From positions 170,252,001 to 170,316,000 of the forward strand of contig OZ024741.1 in NCBI GenBank assembly GCA_964016885.1: DNA of 64,000 bases, read 5' to 3'. The stretch is from Eledone cirrhosa (lineage: Eukaryota). The notes under the pieces are model-generated. The model was given only the letters and a program-made list of their open reading frames with translations, did no database searches and had not been told where the DNA came from. The translations under genes and the position numbers were made by a program. The stretch's first letter is position 1; every line of letters begins with the position of its first letter. Shown one piece after another: positions 52,663 through 64,000 of this stretch.

Positions 52663-53895
52663 ATACTTGGGGAGGGTCATATTTGTGTAATATTGCCAGA
52701 ATTAATAACAGAACACACTCACTGTTTGGTTGGTTTTTGCTTTTCGTTTCTGTGTCCTTTATATCGGTAATCTAATTTATTCGGTCCTCAATGTTGCCAT
52801 TGACTGACCAACGGTAAAAAATACAGATACAATATAGACACAAACACATATATATAGTTTATCAAAGTTCTTTCATTGCACATCTGCAACATCGTCAGTG
52901 GTGTTATTGTTTCCTCCCGTAGCATTGTATTTTCTACGCCATCTTTATTTAGTCTGTTTATATATTTATTTATTTGTTTATTTTATTTTGTCTTCTTTGC
53001 GCATGCGTTTGCGTGTGTGTATAGTGTTTTGTTGTTTGATGTGTGTTCGTGATTGGGTGGCTGTGTATTGGTTAATGTATTCTATCTTTACCAGTGTGTG
53101 TTTATATGTGTTTGTTGTTATTGTGCTTGTGTATGTATTTATTTATTTATTTATCTATTTATTTATTTATTTAACTATTTATTTATTTATTTATCTATTT
53201 ATTTATTTATTTATCTATTTATTTATTTATTTATACTTATCTTAGGTCAGTGTTGTTTGTTTGGGTGTTGTTGTTGTTATTCCATTCATTTTTTCAAACA
53301 AACAACACTGACCTAAGATAAGTATAAATACATAAATAAATAGATAAATAAATAAATAAATACATACACAAGCACGATAACAGCAAACGCATATAAACAT
53401 ACACTGGTAAAGATAGAATACATTAACCAATACACAGCCACCCAATCACGAACACACATCAAACAAAACACTATACACACCCGCAAACGCATGCGCAAAG
53501 AAGACAAAATAAAATAAACAAATAAATAAATATATAAACAGACTAAATAAAGATGGCGTAGAAAATACAATGCTACGGGAGGAAACAATAACACCACTGA
53601 CGATGTTGCAGATGTGCAACGAAAGAACTTTGATAAACTATATATATGTGTTTGTGTCTATATTGTATCTGTATTTTTTACCGTTGGTCAGTCAATGGCA
53701 ACATTGAGGACCGAATAAATTAGATTACCGATATAAAGGACACAGAAACGAAAAGCAAAAACCAACCAAACAGTGAGTGTGTTCTGTTATTAATTCTGGC
53801 AATATTACACAATTATGACCCTCCCCAAGTATAACAATATTTGTTTCGACACACGATTTCATATCAAAAACCTCGCAAATATAATTCATCGCGAT
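52655..53895. mobile_element. Head-to-head P2 pLTR palindrome (about 1.2 kb)
   Basis: 52655-53262 is the reverse complement of 53298-53840; homologous to 21630-22190. Confidence 0.92.
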
Positions 53896-53898
53896 TTT

Positions 53899-54038
53899 CC
53901 AGCATAGTTACGTCCCTTTACGATCTAAGTTCAAATCCCACCGAGGTTGACTTTGCCTTTCATCCTTACGGGGCCGATAAAATAAAGTACCAGTAATGCA
54001 CTGGGTAATTGCTGGCCTTGTGACTAAAGTATAAACAA
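53899..54038 (+). mobile_element. Meta-type SINE, 5' truncated
   Basis: B box AAGTTCAAATCCC and core on plus. Confidence 0.85.
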
Positions 54039-54327
54039 TTATATATATATATATATGTATGTATATATTTATGCATAGATGTATATTTATATATAATATA
54101 AATCTATATACACATATATGTATATACATACATACATGTATATATATATGTATATATATATAATATTAGGGATACTATTTATGGTTATGTATGTATTAAA
54201 ACTTTTTATAGTTATGTATATTTTAAACCCTAAACAGTGAAGGTCAGTAATTTATTACTACCTTATTACCAGTAAGATAAATAGCTCAATGTAATAACAT
54301 CAGTTGTTCTACAGAGCAGTTATATAG

Positions 54328-55349
<1,022 letters not shown>

Positions 55350-55449
55350 CATCTCTTCAGTAATTACTAGAATATAGATATACGCATGCATTTTCCGCAT
55401 ACATACGTATATATTTATAACTCGAAGCCAGTTATAATCAAAATCGGAT

Positions 55450-57620
55450 AAAAACTAAATAAATTCTATACAAAAATCTGTAAAACCACAAAAGAAAATG
55501 TTAAATATATTTATAGAATGTTAAAATATTAGCTGACATTTTGATTGACCTTTTTTCTTTGATTTGAGAATGTTTTAAAGGACTCCTGTACTCATGACAT
55601 CGCTTCTGCTGTTGGTTCTGTTGTTGTTAGAGTTTTTTGTAACACTTACTAGTTTTATGTTTTTCTTGATCAGAGAATTTGAAGTTATATGGAGGCGAAC
55701 GTTTGGGTATATTTGGTAAGAGTGAAAGTTTTGTTTAATGTAATGATATTGTTATATATTCTGTTTTACATAGTGCGTATAAAATTGTGTTTTGGATGGA
55801 AATCTATATAAGTACAGTATAACAATGAAAGAAAACACTTTTAATGTACCACTCAAGCATGCGGTATAAATGCAAGTCAGCATCTCTCTGTTTATGTTTT
55901 CTACACACACGCACAAACACACACACTTACACACACACATACACACATACACACACACACACACACACACAAGCACACGCACGGGGGGACACACACACAC
56001 ACATACACACACACATACACACACACACATACACATAAATGTTACCCATGTTATCAGCTGTGCAAGAGAAATATATTTGACATTTCTTAGCATAATGGTT
56101 GACACTGACGACCTTACTTGTTTAATACCTGCTTAACATGAATTCTATCTTCTTCATATTTGATTTTAGTTCTACCTTGTTGCCTTAACTGTTAAATTCA
56201 TGTAACATTTATTCCAATTCATAGGCGTCATTTGAGAGGCGGACCATCACGTCAGCAACGCGTAAAGTATTTTAAAATTCATCAAATATGTTTATTCCTT
56301 TTCTTTCCAGTAACGCTTTTTAAAAATGTTTTTATGTGTAGCATTGTAGGGTTTAGATGATATTATGGACCTTTATCTCCCATCTGATTTGATATTGATC
56401 TTTCCATTGCTTGTGAGAAGTCATTTAGATAATGTACTATCTATAAGCTTTCTTACTCATGTGTAAATAAGTTTGATCCATGCCATAACCAATAAGAGCT
56501 TCGGAGACAGCTGGGATTTCAATGCCATTGAAGGATGTTTTCATAACCAATAAAACCTAACCAGAATGGCCTTCTATATTCTAAATGTTTATGAATAATT
56601 TGGTTCACAAGCTCCAAAATAAGGCCGTTGAACATCTGTTTCTGAAGCCTGCCAGTTCTCTTAATTGATTGAAGTCGAAGATAATATTGATGCAATTTGA
56701 AAGCACGTTGCTGAAACTAGGCATAGGGCTGATGAGTTTGTATTCTTTTACGATCTATAATAATATAATGATGGCATTTTTTCAGCTAGTGCGGATTTCA
56801 TTTGATTTGATGCATTTTCTGAAGAGATGTGCTACCTGTCTACAATTTAAATCCTAACCTTTTTTGAGAGGTAACTTCTCTGATGCTCATATCTTCCAAT
56901 GCACGTCTAGTTTCATCACTTGATATGTCTGTTACCTCATTTTCATCAAACACATAATTATAGGAATTCTAAAATATTTTTGTTTGCGGTAATATGATGT
57001 TTGAAAGAAGTATTCTACTCTACGGTTATCCCTCCCTAGATTTCAGAACAATAGTTTGTGAATTCCTAAAATCAAGATTTACTTTAACTCTTTTAAAACG
57101 TTTATATTTCTGTTTTGATAGCTCAACTTTATGTATATTGATTTTTTTTTTGTATTTAAAATTTCATAATTTACCTAATGGTGTTACAAGATTTTGCGTA
57201 TTTCAAATTCAGAGTTCTGTGTTCTTTTTACAATTCCCTCTATCTGTTTATAAACGTTCTTGAGACAACTTTTTGTATTTCGTGTGTTCTTCCAACCTAT
57301 TGTGTTCGATAAAAAGAAGAACCAGTTAAGTACGAGTTCCATTTGATCGATTACTCCTCCCCTAATTACTGATCTTGTGCGGGAATTAGAAAACATTTTA
57401 ATTCAGTGTAATTCGCTACTTGATATATTAATGTTTATTGTGAAATTCTCTTTGTGATTTTAAAGAGTTATACAGGCTTCACGTTTCGCTAAACAGTATA
57501 CTTTCTTACGAAGGTTAAGTAGCGTGGTTATTGTTTTCATTTCATAGCCAATGTTAACACAAATCTTTGTGTTGGCTTACCTGTATTATTGTTTTATAGC
57601 TGCTTAGCTTAAGTGTCGCT
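55450..57620 (-). mobile_element. Very degenerate PLE RT region
   Basis: LAKREACITL..HKENF, GWKNT and GLIL-like remnants on minus, collinear with the 19541 element. Confidence 0.5.
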
Positions 57621-58294
57621 GACATGTTTGTACAAATATTTTGTCTTGTTTAAACATGTGTAGCCTTGTTTGTTTTATATGTATAGTCACGATGTAGGTT
57701 TGATGTAACGCAGAAAAATATTAGTACATTCTTAAAATCATACCGTGCTCCTTCTTTCAGGGGGTTCCGCTTCAGAGATCTCAAGTATTTCAAGCCGGGT
57801 TTTCTTTTCTTTTTTTTTTATCAAGTAGATCGTGTGGCTCTTGTTATAGAAGTGTGCACATACATACATACATACATACATACATACATACATACATACA
57901 TACATACATACATACATACATACATAAATGCGTGTGTGTATACATATATATATATTGCAAAATATATATGTGTGTGTGTATGTATCTCTCTCTCTCTCAC
58001 TCTCTCTCTCTGTATATATATATATATATATATAAATGTATCATATATTGAATCAGAAACTCAAAATAGTCTTTTACAATTAAATAGCTCAAGGAAGGGA
58101 ATCTTTCCGAGCCGTGTAATACAATTGAATATATGAGAGGGATGAACATCGATACAAGTATACATGTGTTCGAATTGCAAATGACCAAGTTAGCTAGGTT
58201 GAAAAATACTAATTTAAAACAATATGGTTTGCTTGTCTCGATTTAAAGTAATAAATCGATAACAATAACAAACCTATATTGGGCAATCGCCGTT

Positions 58295-58373
58295 GATACC
58301 CGGACAGATCTAAATCTGTTTCGCAACAATTATTAAGTGAAAGTCACCATTCCTGTGCTCTTCTGCGGGTATC
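58295..58373 (-). ncRNA. Type I hammerhead with CAGAAGA core
   Basis: gatacccg CAGAAGA gca...tgc GAAAC AGAT ttag ATCT GTC cgggtatc: 8-bp stem I and full stem III. Confidence 0.8.
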
Positions 58374-58810
58374 CAGGAAATTCGTACCTTTCACTTCGAA
58401 AGATCTAAGAAGACTGAACTATGTGTTGGTAAGCGCACATGTTACAGCACCTAGCACGTCTCATACTCGTGCCGCTAAAAATAGTAGCCGGTTTTATGGG
58501 ACTAAAGTTAGCTCTATGGAGCCGAGAATATCTTATATTGAGTTAGAAATTCAAAATAGTCTTTTAAAATTAAATCGAGACAGGTAAACCATGTTGTTTT
58601 AAATTAGTATATTTCAACCTAGCTAACTTGGTCATTTGCAATTCGAACACATGTATACTTGTATCGGTGTTCATCCCTCTCATATATATATATATATATG
58701 AAAAGATTCAGGAATCCCGACAGCTAGATCCGAACTCTACTACACAAACTTTCGAGTACTCTGGTGCGTTATGGTCCGCCTGGTATCTTACCACACCTTT
58801 TTTGTTATAT

Positions 58811-58883
<73 letters not shown>

Positions 58884-59072
58884 TATATATACATATTTAT
58901 ATATATACATACACATATATACATATATATATATATATGTAGATAAATCTACCAAGAGTTTACGGTAGTGTCCAATCCGTATGAAGAACTCAATGTATTC
59001 CGGATATCATGGAAAGAAGAGATGTAATGAAAATCCACCTTCGGTGAAAGATAAACGGTATACAGAGTCAAG

Positions 59073-59455
59073 ATAAAATATTAAACAAATAATGAACAAA
59101 CAATTCCTTATATTAAACAAAAAAAGTTCACTATTTAACGATCGTTTCTAGGGCATATATGTGTTATAATTGGTATGCATATTTAACAGATCTATGTACA
59201 AAATTATACAAAATTATACAAATTATCAAGATTAAATATACATACCTAACTCATATATACGCCGTCTGAAGACGGCGTATATATGAGTTAGGTATGTATA
59301 TTTAATCTTGATAATTTGTATAATTTTGTATAATTTTGTACATAGATCTGTTAAATATGCATACCAATTATAACACATATATGCCCTAGAAACGATCGTT
59401 AAATAGTGAACTTTTTTTGTTTAATATAAGGAATTGTTTGTTCATTATTTGTTTA

Positions 59456-59464
<9 letters not shown>
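59073..59464. repeat. Near-perfect 392-bp palindrome with HHR core at its centre
   Basis: Centre gccgtc-tgaa-gacggc contains CTGAAGA (59266-59272); GAAAC GATC GTT at 59389-59400. Confidence 0.9.
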
Positions 59465-59509
<45 letters not shown>

Positions 59510-60319
59510 TACATATATATATACATACACATATATACATATATATATACACATATAAGTTTTTAAATATATATCCTTATATATTATATATGTATGTATA
59601 TATATATATATCCAAAATTAAAATTAAGGGTTGTCATGTCTGAGAGACATGCGCCATATCCACCGTAGAATAAGCTCAAGGATTAGATCTGAGCACTACA
59701 TATCAACTAGAAATAGATTGACATATATATATATAAAATAAATACATGAAACTATCACAAGGAATAATTTGTAAAGAATGTAGGCACACATAGCTAGGTA
59801 GGTAACTAATTAAAGTTTGACTAGAACTTCAAATATAGATACCTTTTAAAATGATATGTAATGCTCGGATCTAATTTTTGAGCTTATTCTACGGTGGATA
59901 TTTCTAGTTGATATATATATAAATATGTATATTTACAAATCTATGTAAATATATAAATGTATATATATTTATTTATATAAACATGGGCGCCTTATATGCC
60001 CCTGTGTAAGTGATTATAGTTATGAAGAGAAAGAAGGGCTTTTCTTTGAAGAGTGTTATGTTCAGCACATAAGTGTGTTCGGGGTTAATAGTATTATTAA
60101 TGATTTATTCATATTTTCTAAGTAGTTCTTAATGTTTAGTTTTGTATATTAGCGTTTTTATGTCTATTAACGTCTTTAGACCTTTTACATCGTGTCTTCA
60201 GAGTCGAGTATATTAATATATCAACATCAAAACACACACATAAGTATGTATGTATGTATGTATGTATGTATGTATGTATGTATGTATGTATGTATGTATG
60301 TATGTATGTATGTATGTAT

Positions 60320-60701
60320 TTTTGTATTCTAGGAGAAGGAAAACTCTGATATAACACCTGCAACCCTGATGGTATCCAATGATGTTGACTTGTTCTTCTT
60401 TTTGGTAAATATCATCTTGGTTAAGAGAGTGGGACTGGCTTTGTGCAGTGCCTTTGCTCACTATAAAAGCTTCACGGCACAGGCATTGCTTTATATCTGG
60501 AGATCTTTCTGCACTTGTCGTTACATGGTACCATGAGCCCAGCACTATGTGTCAATAATTGTCACAAGTGTAGTGTTTGTACCGGAGTTTTCAAGTCGCT
60601 GGCTGGACTAAAAAGTCATATTCGTTCAGCGCATCGGTAGGGGTTCTCCTAGATGGATATAAAGTATTGGCCGTACTCGAAAACGAGTTGGCAGCCACCA
60701 T
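60320..60701 (+). mobile_element. RTE 3' fragment between (TATG)n tracts
   Basis: HKCSVCTGVFKSLAGLKSHIRSAHR* and terminal ggccgtactcgaaaacgagttggcagccacc, related to 63311-63341. Confidence 0.75.
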
Positions 60702-60769
60702 GTATGTATGTATGTATGTATGTATGTATGTATGTATGTATGTATGTATGTATGTATGTATGTATGTAC

Positions 60770-61010
60770 ATGCAGTTTTTAGATGCAACATTTTTGGAAT
60801 GTCTTACATATTTTTACTGTTCTATTAATGGATTGTACTTGTAATTTCCTAACTAGTTATGTTATTTCTGTTCCTATGAAGCCTAGCTTCTCAAAATTTG
60901 TATTGAGGCAGTTACTAACATACCCCAGTGCCCCAATAATCTTTATTCATATGTAGCTACAGAAGAAACAGAAATTATAAATCGCATTTCTCTTGGAGTT
61001 GCGAACTTAA
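60770..61010 (-). mobile_element. RLE-type LINE (R4/NeSL-like) 3' fragment
   Basis: IIGALGYVSNCLNTNFEKLGF...LVRKLQVQSI..TVKICKTF on minus. Confidence 0.6.
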
Positions 61011-61407
61011 TAATGATTTATTTCATTGTTATAAAATGGCAAAAAACAATCCCTCCATTTGCTATATGAATAGAATGAAGCTACACTTGGACGAAATACA
61101 CCCAGAGCTAAATTATTTCACAGCGAAACAATTACGCCAACAAGCGACGTTTGTTGAACGGAAAATAAGATAAATATTATTAATTGTAAGTCCCCCACAA
61201 CAAACATATTATCAACAACACGTGCTACAGGTCGAACAGCGTCTTGAAACAACTATGCCTGTAAGAAACCTGACACCACCTGTACAATCTAAGTCTACCT
61301 CGAATGCTGGGGAAAACACTAGCGATAATAATAATAATCGAAGAAATTTGACACCACGTGTACCATCCGAGTCTACCTCGACTATTGTGGAAAATACTAT
61401 CGATAAT

Positions 61408-61590
61408 TGTTTCTACTTTAGGCACAAGGCCAGTAATTATCCCAGTGTATTACTGGTACTTTATTTTATCGACCCCGTAAGGATGAAAGGCAAAGTTAAC
61501 CTCGGCGGGATTTGAACTCAGACCATAAAGGGCCGTAACTCTATGCTGCAAAGCATGGCGTCCGACCCTCTACCGATACTGCCAATCCAC
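61408..61590 (-). mobile_element. Meta-type SINE, full length
   Basis: A and B boxes; TSD ctatcgataat at 61397-61407 and 61591-61601. Confidence 0.9.
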
Positions 61591-61796
61591 CTATCGATAA
61601 TGATAATCAAAAGTATAAACAATTGAAAATTTCCCTCAATGAAATCTTCCAGAGAGAAATTAACTCATGTATATATTTGTCCGTTCCCTTGTTGTTTCAC
61701 TTTGGATTGCCTCGGGAACGAAACCTTATTATGAAATAAGCTTTCTGATGAGACCATGTATGTATGTATGTATGTATGTATTTATGTATGTATGTA

Positions 61797-63178
61797 CATC
61801 AATCATAAGAGACCTCTTGTATGCAGATGATTGCGATCTTGTAGCGCACACAGAGAGTGATATGCAGCACATTTTGAATACATTTTCTGACGCTTGCACT
61901 GCCCTAGGATTGACTGTCAGTCTCAAGAAAACCGTTGTCATGTACCAACCTGCCCCTGGTAAGCAGTACACTGAACCAAATATCTATGTGTATGGCAAAC
62001 GACTTGGAGTGGTTGATCAGTTTGTCTACCTGGGAAGCACTTTCAATCGATACAGCAACCTTGACAGTGAAATCTCACTTAGGATTAGGAAAGCAAGTGA
62101 TGCTTTCGGAAAGCTAGAAAGGCGACTCTGGGGTCGGCGAGACATATGCAGGTGGACAAAGGTAAAGGTGTACATGGAATGTGTGCTCTCTTGTCTTCTT
62201 TTTGCCTGCGAGACCTGGGTCACATATCGATACCACCTTAAGCAATTGGAGCGCTTCCATCAGATGTGTCTCAGACGGATCCATGGGGATCACTGGGGGG
62301 ACCACATCAGTGATGTCGAGATTTTGGAAAGCTCTATGTGTGACAGTATAGAAGCTCTTGTGCTTAAGCAACGACTCCGTTGGAGTGGTCACCTTGCCAG
62401 GATGAAGGATTCTAGAATACCAAAACAACTCTTTTATGGAGAGTTGGTTAAAGGAAAACAACCGCCACATAAACTCAAAAAGAGGTATAAGGATTCCTTG
62501 AAAGCCTCTGTGAAAGACGCTAACATCTCTGCTGATACATGGGAGAATATTGCTGCTGATCGTGATGAATGGAGAAAGATGGTATATGAGGGAAAAGATG
62601 CCTTTGAGGCATCTCGAATCGCACACGAGAAAGTAAAGCGGGATGTGAGGAAGGGTATTGCTGTTGCACTTCCAGACAGCAAGCGTCCTCCTATGGTGCT
62701 GACATGCAGCGTCTGTGCGAGACTCTGCCTAAGCAAAGCTGGACTCGAAAGTCATCTTCGCAGTCATAAAGAAGGACCAGTGGTTGACTACCAGGCTGCT
62801 GTTGGAGATACTACTCATCATGCTTGCCAAACATGTGGTAGAGAATGTAAATCAGCAGGAGGGCTCAAGCGACATGCAAAAGTACACGAACTCCACTCAC
62901 AGCCGGCTATTCCCGGTGAATATTTTGGTTGCCGACTCTGTGCAAGACATTTTAGATCATTGGCTGAGCTAAAAAGTCACATTCGATCGCAGCGCTGTTA
63001 GTTGCTATCGTGCGTGTGTGTATAGGTATGTTTATGTGTGCGTGTGTGTGTATGTATATGTATATTATTATTGTTGTTGTTGTCGTTATTATTATTGTTG
63101 TTGTTGTTATTATTATTATTATTGTTATTAAGGTATGTGTGTGTGTATATATGTATGTGTGTATATATGTATATGTAC

Positions 63179-63238
<60 letters not shown>

Positions 63239-63341
63239 CTTTTTTTTATTTTATTTTTTATTTATTTATTAATATTTAATTTTATTTTATTTTTTTTATC
63301 CTCATGCAATGGCCATACTCGATAACGAGGGGGCAGCCATC
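61797..63341 (+). mobile_element. 5'-truncated RTE (BovB-like) with open frame to 63001 and three C2H2 fingers
   Basis: DLLYADDC, FVYLGS, LLFACETW, RLRWSGH, IPKQLFYGEL; three C-x2-C...H motifs; terminal hairpin ctcg-ataa-cgag and (TATG)n tail. Confidence 0.9.
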
Positions 63342-63499
63342 ATGTATGTATGTATGTATGTATGCATAATCTATAGTATTCTGATCTTTCGAAGTTGAAT
63401 CCCCACATCGAGCTAACGTGAGGTGTTCCCCTTTGAGAATATCTTCTGCGCATGCTTATTTGTGTTCTCGTCTTCCTTTTCCGTGCTATCTAATTTAAA

Positions 63500-63540
63500 C
63501 CGAGCTGATGATCCGTTTGAGGTGAAATAATTGTTCTCGG
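63500..63540 (+). ncRNA. Minimal type I hammerhead related to 38601
   Basis: ccgag CTGATGA tccgtttgaggt GAAAT AATT GTT ctcgg. Confidence 0.78.
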
Positions 63541-63570
63541 AAATGATGTAATAAATGTGGTGGGAATATA

Positions 63571-63700
<130 letters not shown>

Positions 63701-63839
63701 TATGTCTGTGTGTGTGTGTGTATGTATACATATATATATATAGTAATAATAATAAATTTGAAGACTAAAATCCAAAGAAGGCTCGATAAAGATAAATATA
63801 TATCAAATATATAAGAACCGTAGAGCAAATATTTATTAA

Positions 63840-63939
63840 AATAACAGATTAAAGTTTAAGCAAAGAATCGCTGCTTTCACCCTTAACGGGATCTTCCGAA
63901 ACTAACAGCGGTTCTTTGCTTAAACTTTAATCTGTTATT
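63840..63939. repeat. Short fold-back enclosing an HHR-like core
   Basis: Arms 63840-63873 and 63906-63939; the spacer reads CGGAAGA tccc gttaa gggt GAAA on minus. Confidence 0.75.
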
Positions 63940-63942
63940 ATA

Positions 63943-63994
<52 letters not shown>

Positions 63995-64000
63995 AGAACA

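Noticed and set aside
61667-61796. N-terminus of the 444-aa ORF
   Set aside because: Chance read-through of flank and (TATG)n; RTE homology starts near 61797.

Overview
AT-rich, microsatellite-dense animal DNA, most likely from an octopus or related cephalopod (inferred from the SINE family and repeat landscape). I could support no host protein-coding exon. The window is a transposon graveyard. It holds four Tx1/L1-clade LINE copies (one near full length), many Penelope-like element (PLE) fragments from several lineages, RTE, CR1-group and RLE-type LINE remnants, a DD37D Tc1/mariner, and about ten copies of a tRNA-derived Meta-type SINE. The main signal the ORF track misses is more than 15 type I hammerhead ribozyme (HHR) motifs, found by eye, belonging to roughly ten repeat families. 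Several sit in short fold-back (palindromic) insertions in or beside (TA)n tracts, with the symmetry centre within about 12 nt of the CUGAnGA box or inside stem II; two of these carry a complete hammerhead on each strand. Some HHRs have very long stem II insertions (81 and 116 nt). Retroelement classes also sort by microsatellite: PLE with (TA)n, Tx1 with (TATC)n and RTE with (TATG)n. All calls are manual, with no database search or folding software.
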